DNA from: Lophium mytilinum
Lineage: Eukaryota
NCBI GenBank assembly: GCA_010093605.1
Contig: MU004181.1
Span: 3,410,001-3,474,000, forward strand
Direction of reading: 5' to 3'
DNA length: 64,000 bases
Shown: in pieces, positions 51,341-64,000 of the stretch
How the letters are laid out: each line of letters starts with the position of its first letter
Position numbering within the stretch: position 1 is the first letter of the stretch
The notes under the pieces: model-generated
What the model was told of the DNA's origin: nothing
Database searches by the model: none
What the model saw: only the letters and a program-made list of their open reading frames with translations
Translations under genes and position numbers: made by a program

Positions 51341-54300
51341 TAGCCCGGTTATTAAAGGGCCTAATAACGTAGAAGACTCCCCTTAGCTTAATTATAATAG
51401 TAAGCCCCTTCCGCCTAAACTAGTTTTACCGGACAAGCCCCTAGTATATAATATTTAGTTTATTTCCGCGTACGCCTATTCTACTATAGCTAAGTAGAAT
51501 AGGGACGCGGTAATAACTATTACTTTATAAGACTTTAAATAATTAAACTAGCCCTAGAAAATAGATAAGCAACACGCCTATAGATACTAGGTAGTAAACC
51601 TTATAGGTATTACTATAGAGGACTACTATTACTTTAAGAAAAAGATAACTAAATTACTATATACTAAGAATTAGCTATAAGAAAAAGTTCTACCCTTTTT
51701 CTACTAGATTTTAGACGCCTTTAATCTATAAGTAGTAAATAAGCTACTACTATATAGGCCTAGCGTGGATTACGCTATTAACTTTAAGAACCCTAATACT
51801 AAACCGCCTATCCCTTGCTAGTATAGCCTCTTCTATAATAAGCTCTGCGCAGTTAAGGCCTATATTAATAAGATGCTTAGAAAGAGCTTTATTTACCCTA
51901 GTACATTGCTATTTATAGCGCCCGTTATTATTATCTATAAGCTAGGCGGAGGACTCTGCATTTATATTAATTACTGTTTACTAAATAAAATTATAATTAA
52001 AGATAGAAACGCCTCTTTTCTCTTATATAATATAATTACGCAGCTTTATAAAGCTAAGATATACTCTATCTTTAATATTATTGCTGCCTTTAATAATATT
52101 TATATTAAGAATAGTAATTAGCTAAAAACGGCCTTTTAGACTTAATACGGCGTTTTTAAATTTAATATTATGCCTTTTAGCTTATATAACGCCCCTAGAA
52201 CATTTTAATTATTTATTAACTCTATATTATAACTATACCTTAATATCTACTATATAGCCTATATAGACGACGTCCTTATATATAGTAATAATAAGAAAGA
52301 TTATAAAAAGAACTATATAAATATTCTTACCGCCTTATATAATGTAGGTCTCTTTCTTAATATTAATAAGTATTACTTCTTAGTTAAACGTGTTAAGTAT
52401 CTTGGACTAATTATTACGCCTAACAGTATAGAAATAGACTTAACTAAAGTTAGTACTATCTAGGACTAGAAGCTGCCCCGGAATATTAAGGACGTTTAAT
52501 TCTTTTTAGGTTTCTATAACTTCTACCGGCAATTTATTACTAGCTATTTATAAATAGCTACTCTACTAACTAAACTTACTAAGAAAATAATAGAATAAGG
52601 TAATTTTCCCCTACTTACTAATAGTTTAGCAGCGCAGGCCTTTAAGAAGCTTAAAGCCTTATTTCTTTCTATACTAGTTCTAGCCTACTTTAACCTAGAC
52701 TTAGACTATATACTAGAGACTAACGCCTTAAACTATATTATAGTAGTAATCCTCTCTTAATAAGGCCTAGATAGAATTCTTTAACCTATAGCTTTTCTTT
52801 CTAAAAAGATAACTCTAGCTAAGTATAACTATAAAATCTATAATAAGAAACTACTTGCTATTATATAGGCCTTTAAGGAATAGCGCTCTAAACTTATAGA
52901 TATTATTAATCTAATACTTATCTAAATAGACTATAAGAACCTAGAATACTTTATATTATTAAAGTAGCTTAACTACTACTAGGCCTATTAGGCTAAATAC
53001 CTCTTATAGTTTAATTTTATCCTAAACTAGCAACTAGGTAAGTAGTTAACTAAGCCTAATAGCCTTACTTATAGGCCTAGTAATATTCTAGATAATCTAA
53101 ATAATTCTAGAATAATATATTAAACGCAAACTATTCTAAAAAAGAGGAACTTACTAGACGGTATATATTAAGCCCTTTAACTAGCTAGCATGCTCCTAAA
53201 TAAATAGAAAGTTCTAGTTATTAGAATTACCTAGCTTATATATAAAGTAGCTAAATAGTACCTAACTAATATTCTATATATTATTCTAGCCGCCAATAAG
53301 ACTAGAGAAAAGAGATACTTAACTAAGGCCGTAGTAGACTATAGTAAGTTAGATAAAGATCTATACAACGCTGCCTCTAACGTTACTGTATTAATCGCCC
53401 CTAAACCCGCACCTACAGGTTCTACCGCTAAAGAAGGAGCGCCGAAGGTATCTAAGCCTAGTAATAAGTTAGATAAGAACTTACTAGGGAACTATACTAA
53501 TAACGCTACTATTTAGTAGATTAATTAAGTATATATAGAGAATAATATTCTCTAGCATATTATGCACGTAAAAGAGATAGGTAAATAGTAAATTCTACTT
53601 AAACTTATTTAGAAATAAGGAATTAAAATTAAGCTTAGTAACTATAAAATTTATAAAAATAGGCTATTTATTAATAGCTACTTATATATTCTATATAATG
53701 TAAAGCTCTATATACAGTTAATTAAGAAAGCCTATAACTTTCTTTCTAGAGGCTATACTAGAAGAAACTCCCTCTACTATTACCTCTTCTTTTAGTACTA
53801 CTAGCTAGGTATTATAAACTTTATTACTATATATATTAATACTTATTTTATATATAGACGTATAAAGGTCTATAAAGAAGGTAAATATAGCTTACTTAAG
53901 CCCCTACCTATTCTAAATTAATACTAGATAGATATATCTATTAATTTTATTACTAAGCTACCCTCTTATATAGTTAAGGGCTGTATATACTAATATATTA
54001 TAGTAGTAGTTAACCGGCTATCTAAAAAGTATAAGTTTATCCCTCTAGACTCTATAGAGCTAGAAGATATTGCGTAAGCCTTTATTAACTAGATTTAGTA
54101 TAAAGAAGGCTATCTAGACTATATTATATTTAACTATAGAGTATAGTTTATATCTTTCTTTTAGAAATACCTATATAAATATATAGAAACGCATCTAAAG
54201 CTATCTACTATAGCCTACCCGAAGACTAATAGATAGATAGAGATTATTAATGCAGGTCTTAAGTAGTACCTACGCGCGTACGTCTATTACCTGTAGAATA

Positions 54301-55546
54301 ATTAGGTAAACCTTATTACCTTTACTAAGTTTAAAGCTAATATAGATATTAACTAGTCTATAGGCGTCTCCCTCTTTAAGGCTACTAAAGAATACACGCT
54401 AAGAAGTGGCCTTAAACCCTCTTTATAAGGAATTATTATACTAGAGTCTAAAAAATAAGGCGTAGACGCCGCTAAGAAGCTTATTATATAAATTTATAAC
54501 TTATATAAGTTCCTTAAAGGCGAACTACGTTGGAATTAATCTAAAATAAAGGAACTAGCTAACTAGAACTAATTGCCGGCCTCTAAGTTTAAAGTTAATA
54601 ATATAGTTATACTTAATACTAAGAATATCTATACTATATAACTAAGTAAGTCTCTTAACTATAAGAATCTTAGTCCCTTCTATATAACGCGTATTATTAA
54701 TAATATAGTATATAAGCTAGAACTTTCTAAGTCTATAAAAGAAATCTTTCTAGTATTCTATCTATAGCTACTCTATTAAATTAATAAGAATCCGCCTCTT
54801 CTAGAATAATATCTAGAACCCCTGCCTGCGCTTAAAATAGAAGAAGATAGCTTTATAGGGCAGTACTATATTAATAAAGTTCTTAATTCTAGATTTAACG
54901 GCCGCTAACTAGATCTATATATAGGCAAGAAACTATACCTTATATATAAGATAGCCTAGATAGGTTATAATAATACCCGGCCTAAATAGAAACCTTACTA
55001 GAACGCGGACGGCTATAATAAGCTTCTTATAGAGTATTATAATAAATATAGCCTTAAAGTAGAACCTTATTTAATATTTAGTACGTCTAAATAGAAGGTT
55101 GCAAAGATAATAGGTAAGAGTATAAGCGCTGCCGCGGTAATAGTAGGCCTATAGAATATTCTTAGTACTAGCCTAAGTAAGTATAAATAGTAACCTTATT
55201 AGGTAGCTAAGTTATCTTATAAGAAGGCTATTCTATATAGGCAACCTAAAGTAGGACTCTAATAGGTAGAAGCTAATAATAGGCCTTAGATTAATTTATA
55301 CGGTCCGCTTGCAGCGCTTAAGAATAACTATAAGAATAAATATAAGGATAAATATAAGAGTAAATATAAGGATAAAAATAATAGATATAGTAAGGCTGCA
55401 CTAATAACTATATATAATAGTAAGTATATAAATAAAAGAGCTATATAAGCGGCTTAATATAGATAGAATGGAAAGAATAGAATAGATAGAGGAGCTATAA
55501 TATATTATAAACCTTATAGAACTTTAGCTTTTAAAGAGGGGGGTAG

Positions 55547-55766
55547 TATTATAGTATAAACCTAGAATTCTAATAATTATATACTAAGGTTATATGCCGT
55601 CCCTTATATAACCTAAGTAAGACGCTAGCCCGGCGCTAGGCTGCGGCCTGTGCGCCGGCGTTAAACTATAACCTCTTAAGAGCTCCTAGCTCTCTCTCTC
55701 CTCCTTAGCTTAGATTTTTATAATAGTTAATACACCTTATTACTTATATTATATCGGCCCTTTATA
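55547..55766 (+). repeat. 3' LTR of Gypsy copy 1
   Basis: Preceded by the polypurine tract and followed by the TTAAG TSD. Confidence 0.93.
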
Positions 55767-57330
55767 TTAAGTAACTATATAGAATAAGTATAAGCTAGTA
55801 ACTCTATAGGCCTTCTTAATATTCTCTATAAGGTGCTAGTAATAGTATATAGCGTAGCAGGCTAGAAAGTAGATAGTAATAGCGTTAATTAGGCCTTTAT
55901 TATAATTACTATAAAAAAAATAGTATAAGTAGGTAGATTTTTAAATAATTTACTATAGAGAATAGTATAGTTAATAGAAACTATAAAAATAGGTATAGAA
56001 ATTAACTATAGCGTTAAGAAGTATATAGAAGAAAATTAAGAGATATAAGTACTATTATAAATAGGCGTATAGAAATTAAGAGGGGGCTATTATAATTTTT
56101 ATTAATATCTATACTTATTTATTATAATGGAAACTTACTTATAAATATATAATTTCTTACTAAAATTAATATATTTAGCGCGTTCTTTCTATAATAAATA
56201 AACGTATAGATATTCTTAAAAAAGAAAATAATACTTATAAGTAGATAGTCTACTAGCTAGCTTTTAGAACTACTATAGCCCTAATTATATTTATATAGAA
56301 CTACGCCTATATCTTATTACTTTTATTCTTTATAATACTCTATGCTAGCGGATAGATTTTATTATTCTAGTTATATCTAATAGCTATTAGAATAACGCCT
56401 TTATAGCTATTCTACTAGTATATTCTATTAAGTTCTATCTATCTAAGACTATTACTAAAAAAGAGGTTACTCTTTTTAGAATAGATAAAGATGTATAGAA
56501 AAATATTACCCTATATTATAAGGTCTATTATAACGCCTAGGTTAGCCTTATAGAGGCGCTAGAGAAACTTAGAAATTCTCTAGTAGTTCTCTTGCGTAGT
56601 AACTATCTTCTTACTAGTAAGAATCTTCTAAACCTTTTAAGCCTACACCTTTTTAATAGGCCCTCTATAGTATATTATAACTATAGACTAGATAGTTACT
56701 ATTAGTATTACTCTATTAATATATAGAAATTAAAATAGTACCTCTAGTAGATACTTAATATAAGTATAAGGCGCCCGGGCAACTAGTAGAGCCCTAATAT
56801 AATAGTAGAGGTTATTAACCTTTACTATAGTAATTAACTTCTTATTCTTCTTTCTTATAGTATAGAGACGCTAGTTATAATCCTCTATTAAATAGTAGCG
56901 GAGGTTTAGGTAGCTATTCTTACTAGTATATATATAAGAAGCCTATTATTTCTTAATAGCTATATTATAGATAAGAAGTTAAATCTTATTCTAATAGCTA
57001 AATTAATTACTAATATTAGAAATACTAGCTAATTATATCGCGGCAATAAGGTAGGCAATAAAAAGTAGTTAATTTAGGCTAGAAATAGCTTAATTTAGGG
57101 TAGAATTAAAGGCTATAGATAATAGTAAGTATATAGATAATAGTAGAGCTATAAATAATAATAGTAAGGCTATATAAAAGGCTATATAAAAGGCTATATA
57201 AAATAGAAAGAATAAATTAAGGCCTTTAAAAAGGTATAGAAAGGGCCTCTATATAGTAAGTTCTTATAGCTTTATAGTATTAAAATCTATTAATTTTTAT
57301 TACTTTTTTATTACTAATATAGTATAGAAA

Positions 57331-60300
57331 TATAGAGGGCTAATATAATATAAGTAATAAGGTATATTAACTATTATAAAAATCTAAGCTAAGAAGAAGA
57401 GAGAGAGCTAGGAGCTCTTAAGAGGTTATAGTTTAACGCTAGCGCATAGGCTGCAGCCTAGCACTAGGCTAGCGTCTCGCTTAGGTTATGTAAGGGGCGG
57501 CACGTAACCTTAGTATATAATTATTATAATTTTAGATTTATACTATAATACTATCCCCCCCTTTAAAAGCTAAAGTTCTATAAGGCTTATAATATATTAT
57601 AGCTTCTCTATTCTTTCTATTCTATTTCTATTAAGCTACTTATATAGCCTTACTATTTATATACTTACTACTATCTATAGTCTTACTATATCTATTATTT
57701 CTATTATTTCTACTATTTTTATTATTTTTATTCTTATATTTATTTTTAAGCGCTGTAAGCGGGCTATATAAATTAACCTAAGGCCTATTATTAGCTTCTA
57801 CCTATTAGAGTTCTACTTTAGGTTGCCTATATAGAATAGCCTTCTTATAAGATAACTTAGCTATTTAATAAGGTTGCTATTTATACTTACTTAGGCTAGT
57901 ATTAAGAATATTCTATAGGCCTACTATTACTATAGTAGCGCTTATACTTTTACCTATTATCTTTATAACCTTCTATTTAGATATTTTAAATATTAAATAA
58001 GGTTCTAGTTTAAGGCTATACTTAGTATAGTATTCTATAAGAAGTTTATTATAACTATTAGTATTCTAATAGGGTTTCTATTTAGGCTATATATTATTAT
58101 ATCTAGTCTAGGCTATCTTATAGACTACGTAAGGCTTCTTACCTATATAGAAATTAAGGTGTTAGCTATTAAAGTAAAAGTCTAATACCTTATTAATATA
58201 GTATTTCCCTATAAAGCTATCTTCTTCTATCTTAAGTATAGGTAGAGGTTCTAGATGTTATTCTAGAAGGGAAGAATTTTTATTAATTTAATAGAGTAAC
58301 TATAGATAGAATACTAGAAAGATTTCCTTTATAGAGTTAGAAAGTTCTAGCTTATAGGCTATATTATTAATAACCTATATTATATAAAAGGGACTAAGAT
58401 TCTTATAGTTAAGAGACTTACTTAGCTATATAGTATAAATATTCTTAGTATTTAGTATAACTATATTATTAACTTTAAATTCTAGGGTAGGTAGATAGTT
58501 CTAGTCGGCCAGCTTCTTTATTTTTAACTAATTCTAGCGTAGTTTATCTTTAAGGAACTTACGTAGGTTATAAATATAGGTAACTAGCTTTTTAGCTATA
58601 TTAACGCCTTATTACTCGGGTCCTAGAATAATAATACTATATAATAATAGTTCTAGCCCGCTATAGGGCGTATAGCTCTTAGTAGCTTTAAAAGATAATA
58701 TACTAGTAGACTAGTTAATATTAGTATTAGCTTTAAACTTAGTAAAGGTAATTAGGTTTATCTAATTATTTTACAGGTAATAAATATATACGCGTAGGTA
58801 TTATTTTAGGCCTACATTAATAATCTTAGTCTAGCTATTAGTTTCTAGGTAGACTATTATAGATAGCTTTAGATATATTTCTACGCATTTATATAGGTAT
58901 TTCTAAAAGAAAGATATAAACTATATACTATAGTTAGATATAATATAGTTTAGATAGCCTTCTTTACGCTAGATTTAGTTAATAAAAGCTTATATAATAT
59001 CTTCTAGCTCTATAGAGTCTAGAGGAATAAACTTATACTTCTTAAAAAGCTAGTTAATAACTACTATAATATATTAATATATACGGCCCTTAATTATATA
59101 AGAGGGTAGCTTAGTAATAAAATTAATAGATATATCTATCTAGTATTAGTTTAAAATAGGTAGTAGTTTAAGTAGGCTATACTTACTATCTTTATAGACC
59201 TTTATGCGCCTATATATAAGATAGGCGTTAATATATATAGTAATAGAGTTTATAATTCTTAGCTAATAGTACTAGAAGAAGAGATAGTAGTAGAGGGAGT
59301 TTCTTCTAGTATAGCCTCTAGAAAGAGAGTTATAGGCTTCTTTAATTAACTATATTTAAAGCTTTATATTATATAGAATATATAGGCGGCCGTTTATAAA
59401 TAGCCGGTTTTTATAAATTTTATAATTACTAAGCTTAATCTTAATACTCTATTTCTAAATAAGTTTAAGCAGAATATATTATTTACTAGTTTCCTTAGCG
59501 TGCATAATATACTAGAGAATATTATCCTCTATATAAGCTTAATTAATCTACTAGATAGTAGTATTATTAGTATAGTTATCTAGTAAGTTCTTATCTAACT
59601 TATTACTAGGTTTAGATACTTCTAGCGCTTCTTCTCTAGGTAGATTACTAGTAGCTATAGGCTTAGAAGTAATAGATATAGTAATATTAGGGGTAGTATT
59701 CTATAGATCTTTATCTAACTTACTATAATTAGCTATAACCTTAGTTAGGCGCTTCTTTACTTTTATTCTATTAGCTACTAGAATAATATATAGAATATCT
59801 ATAGAGTATTATTCTATAACTTTATATATTAGCTTAGTAAGCCGAATAATAGATACTTTTTATTTATTAAGAAGTATACTAGTAAGCTAGAGGGCTTAGT
59901 ATATTTCTTCTAGTAGGTTTCTTTTCTTTAATATAGTCTATATTTAATATATAGTTCTAGAGTTATTTAAATTATCTAGAATATTACTAGGCCTATAAGT
60001 AAGGCTATTAGGCTTAGTTAACTACTTACCTAGTTGCTAGTTTAGAATAAAATTAAACTATAAGAGGTATTCTATCTAGTAGGCTTAGTAGTAATTAAGC
60101 TGCTTTAATAATATAAAGTATTCTAGGTTCTTATAATCTATTTAAATAAGTGTAGGGTTAATAACGCCTATAAGTTTAGGGCGCTATTTCTTAAAGGCCT
60201 ATATAATAGTAAGTAATTTCTTATTATAAATCTTATAATTATACTTAGCTAGAGTTATCTTCTTTAATAGAAAGGTAATAGGATATAGAATTCTATCTAG

Positions 60301-62959
60301 TCCGCGTTATAAAAGAATTACTACTACTATATAGTTAAAGGCATTAGTTTTAAAAATATAATCTAAATCTAGATTAAAATAGGTAAGAATAGAAGCTATA
60401 AGAAATAAGGCTTTAAGTTTTTTAAAGGCTTAAGCTACTAGGCTATTAGTAAGTAGTAGAAAGTTACCTTATTCTATAGTTTTCTTAGTAAGCTCTATTA
60501 GCGGAGCGGTAATTTATAAGTAGCTAGCAATAAATCGCCTATAAAAGTTATAGAAGCTAAAAAAGAATTATATATTCTTAATATTATAGGGCAGCTTCTA
60601 GTCTTAAATAGCGCTAACTTTAGTAGAGTCTATTTCCATTCTATTAGGCGTAATAATTAGGCCTAGGTATTTAACCTTTTTAACTAAGAAGTAATACTTA
60701 TTAATATTAAAATAGAGTCCCGCATTATAGAGAGCAGTAAGAATATTTATATAGTTCTTCTTATAGTTTTTTTTATTATTACTATATACTAGAATATTAT
60801 CTATATAGGCTATATAGTAGATATTAAAATATAGTTATAGAATAGAGTTAATAAATAATTAGAACGTGCCGGGGGTATTATATAAGCTAAAGAGTATAAT
60901 ATTAAATTTAAAGACGCTATATTAGGTGTAAAAGGCTATTTTAGGCTAATTACTATTCTTAACGCGGATATTATTAAATGCGGTAATAATATTAAAGATA
61001 GAGTATATCTTAGCTTTATAAAGCTATATAATAGTATTATATAGAAGTAGAGGGGCATTTCTATTCTTAATTATAATTTTATTTAGTAAGTAATAATTAA
61101 TATAGATGTATAGTTCTCTACCTAGCTTATAGATAATAATAATAGGCGCTATAAAAGGTAATATACTAGGGCGGATAAAGCTCTTTTCTAGCATCTTATT
61201 AATATAGGCCTTAACTATATAGAGCTTATTCTAAGAAAGGCTATACTAGTAAGAGATAGGCAGTTTAGTATTAGGGTCTTTAAAGTTAATAGCGTAATCT
61301 ATACTTAGCCTATATAATAGTAGTTTATTTACTACTTATAAATTAAAGGTATCTAAAATCTAGTAGAAAAAAGGTAGAACTTTTTACTATAGCTAATCTT
61401 TAGTATATAGTAATTTAGTTATTTTTTTTTTAAAGTAATAGTAATCTTCTATAGTAATGCTAGCAAGGTTTACTATCTAGCGCCCGTAGGCGTGTTACTT
61501 ATCTATTTTATTAGGCTAGTCTAATTACTTAAAGTCTTATAAGGTAATAGTTATTACCGCATTTTTATTTTATTTTACTATAGTAGAATAGGTATATATA
61601 GAGATAAACTAAATATTATATTTAAGTAGTTTATCTAGTAGAACTAGTTTAAAAGAAAGAGGTTTCCTATTATAGTTAAGCTAAGAGGAGTCTTTAGTAT
61701 TATTAGGCCCTTTAATAATAGAACTAAGGTTAGAGTTAAAGTTAGAGTTAGAGTTATATTAAAAGCTATAGAAATCTTCTAGGTTTTAGTATAGCTTAAT
61801 TTTAATATATTTTAAGTAAATAAGGCTCTTTATAACTACTAGCCTACTATAATAGAGGTAGTTAGATATATAGTAGTTAGATTAGAAGATTAGCTAGGTC
61901 TTTCTAAAACTAGTAGTAGGGTTATAAAGTTAAAACTAGGGCATGCCTAGAATTATATTATATTATCTAGTATTAGTAATATAGTAGGTAATAGTATTAT
62001 AGTAGTTACCTATATAAAAGGTAATATCTACTACGCATTTTAGTATAATAGAGGGCTTACTATTAGTAAGCTTAAAAATAATAGGTTATAAGAGGGGTTA
62101 GGTAGATATTTTATAAAGGCGTGCAGTCTTTAAATAAAGAAACTAAAGCCTAATTCTATATTAGAAAGAATCTTAGTAGTAAATAAATTAGAATTAGATT
62201 AGAGGATTCTACCTAAGAAGCTAAACTATTTGCTGTTAACTAGTTAAGGCGTAAGGATAGATATACGCATAATAACCGGCTTAGTTTCTTATTTTAAAAT
62301 AGTAATCCTATCTATAACTACTCTTAATTTTTTATTATTAAAGGCTATTAGGGGTTCTTAGTAGTAACTATTACTAAAAACTAAGTATTTTCTATTATCT
62401 TATTATAGGTAGAGCTAGTATTTATAGCGCTAATATTAATATTAATACTAGTAAGATTAATCTTATTTATAAGGCTACTAACCTTATAGATTAGAACTAG
62501 CTATTAGCTAATATATAGGGCGTTACTATTAGCTATATATCTATACTTAAGATAGTTCTAGTAGTAACCTAGCTACTTAAGGCGGGTAATAGTGTAGTAA
62601 TTATAACTAAAGGGGCCTAGAGAATTATTTATAGTAGTAGTAGTTAGAGTAGTATTACTAGTATTATTCTTAAATATACGCTTAGCATTAGTAAGTAGTA
62701 GCCGGCGAGGCGCATTAAAGGCTAATCTAGTACCGGTGGCTTTATAGGTATTATATATAGACTTAGAGGCGTTCTTATTCTTATAGATATTCTTATTTAG
62801 TTTAATAATATTAAGCTAGAATTCTAAAGTCTAGAGGAATATAATAAAAGTTATAATATTACTATTTTATCTATTAGTAGCCTTATACTTAAGGCTATTA
62901 GTAAGATTTTACTATATATAGTAGATCTTTTTAGAGTTCTTAAGATAGAGGGAGGCTAC
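57331..62959 (-). mobile_element. Second, inverted copy of the same Gypsy element (3' LTR 57331-57550 through pol into gag), interrupted at 62959
   Basis: 57331-57550 is the reverse-complement LTR, followed by the reverse-complement PPT (CTATCCCCCCCTTT). The sequence is colinear with copy 1 back to ~50071. Confidence 0.9.
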
Positions 62960-64000
62960 TATTATAAACCTAGAACGCGAGCTACTCTAGAATAAGTATT
63001 CTAGAAGGAGAACGGCTCTAGAATAGATATTCTAGAACTAATAGTGTGCTAGAATATAGGCTATTCTAGAATAAATATTCTAGAATAAGTATAGTCCTAG
63101 AATAGAGGTACTAGAACCTAAGGGAACCTAGTATAGTAAGATAGATATAGTTCTAGCTATATCTATATATAGAAGGGTATTTAAAGAATAGTAGAAAGGT
63201 AACTAGAAAAGGTAGTAGTTATAGAATATAAGGTTATATAACTAATCTCCCGGATCTTACTTAGTATAAACGCTAAGGGTAAAATTAAGAAGAGTAGAGG
63301 GTAATCTCTATAATCTTAGTAATCTTATATTAAGAATAGAGATTAAGAAGAGTAGAAAGAGCAGGACTAAATTATATAAAGGTTAAATAACTATAAAAGT
63401 CTAGAGAATTCCCTATTATCTTTTATTCTTTATACTTAACTTCTTATTATATCTAGTATATAGAACTTAATAGCAATTAATTATAACTTAAGTATCTTAA
63501 CTATCTTTATATACTTTTAATACTATTAAAGCTACCTTTCTTCTAATATTCTACTTATTTATACTTAAACCTTATATTATATATTAGCCTATAACGCAGT
63601 TAACTAGTAGATAAGTAGAAACCTAACTATCTAGACTCTTTCCCTAAAGTTTCTTAGTATAATCTTTAGGTAAATAAGTAGTTTATAATACTTTAAGTAC
63701 CTATAAGTATTAGATACCTATATAATAAGTTAAACTATTCTAGTAATATCTATAACTTTAGAAATAACTAGTTAGCCTACTATAGTATAGCGTATAGCTA
63801 AGTAGAATAGATAGCTTGCGGAGCTATATACTATAATATTATAGCTTTAGATAAAGGTAGAGTAGTAGGCTTAGGTCTAGTTAACTAAGGTACCTTTACT
63901 AAGAAAGTATAATAGTACCTAAGGAAAGCTTAATAGCTTTCTTATAGAAATATAACTTTACCTTTACTATAACTAGGCTATATACCCTAAGAAACCTAAT
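62960..64000. mobile_element. Third RIP-degraded element (probably a different LTR retrotransposon) inserted into Gypsy copy 2; runs off the window
   Basis: Homology to copy 1 stops after ...GGGAGGCTAC. The new sequence begins TATTATAAACC (RIP form of TGT...) and has internal TATTCTAGAATAA-type repeats. Confidence 0.6.

Larger units (their letters stand above)
47973..55766 (+). mobile_element. Full-length Ty3/Gypsy LTR retrotransposon (chromovirus-type), RIP-inactivated, 7794 bp
   Basis: 220-bp LTRs, TTAAG TSD (47968-47972 and 55767-55771) and polypurine tract AAAGAGGGGGG before the 3' LTR. Protein motifs: RT YIDDVLIYS at 52260, RNase H NYKIYNKKLLAI (~52830), integrase LLKPLPI (~53890) and a chromodomain-like YYINKVLNSR (~54865). 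Confidence 0.93.
46310..57330 (-). mobile_element. RIP-degraded Mutator-like (MULE) DNA transposon, split by the Gypsy insertion at 47973-55766
   Basis: Minus-strand translation gives IELNRIY**NSYKGVILIAIRYN*NNKIYPLA* (56340-56440), SNYNKGLINAI..YFL....YY*HL.EN (~55820-55910) and RRFRSITSGVSKF*N (~47800-47848). These match the MULE DDE motifs after reversing G>A/C>T changes. The ends are uncertain. Confidence 0.75.
46310..64000. repeat. AT-rich RIP-degraded transposon block
   Basis: Abrupt switch to TpA-rich, CpA/TpG-depleted sequence, with almost no open ORFs in 17.7 kb and recognisable but stop-riddled TE protein motifs. Confidence 0.95.

Noticed and set aside
51873..52121. 82-aa ORF in the AT-rich block
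   Set aside because: It is a stop-free fragment of the RIP-degraded reverse transcriptase, not an independent gene.
62985..63125. Short repeated TATTCTAGAATAA motifs resembling a CRISPR array
   Set aside because: Eukaryotic context, irregular spacing and no cas genes; these are internal repeats of a RIP-degraded element.

Overview
This is a filamentous ascomycete (Pezizomycotina) nuclear chromosome segment with two compartments. Positions 1 to about 46,300 are gene-rich and GC-balanced, with about 19 genes, mostly intron-containing: MFS sugar porter (partial), GNAT, PRS1-type PRPP synthetase, sulfotransferase-like P-loop protein, GT90, bZIP/DUF3425, GDPD, gamma-tubulin, syntaxin, GH72, Obg-family GTPase, Egh16/DUF3129 secreted protein, DUF336, RBM26/27-like protein, HET-domain gene, Zn2Cys6 TF, DHA2 MFS and flavin amine oxidase. 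This part also holds a 636-bp non-autonomous Mutator-like element (88-bp TIRs, 9-bp TSD). Positions ~46,300-64,000 are an AT-rich block degraded by repeat-induced point mutation (RIP) with three tiers of nesting. A Mutator (MULE) transposase relic is split by a complete 7.8-kb Ty3/Gypsy chromovirus (220-bp LTRs, TTAAG TSD). An inverted second copy of that Gypsy follows and is itself interrupted by a third element. The most notable candidate is an in-frame 51-bp intron that fuses a small Cys-rich domain to a HET domain (599 aa). Exon boundaries and family assignments were read by eye; no database searches were run.
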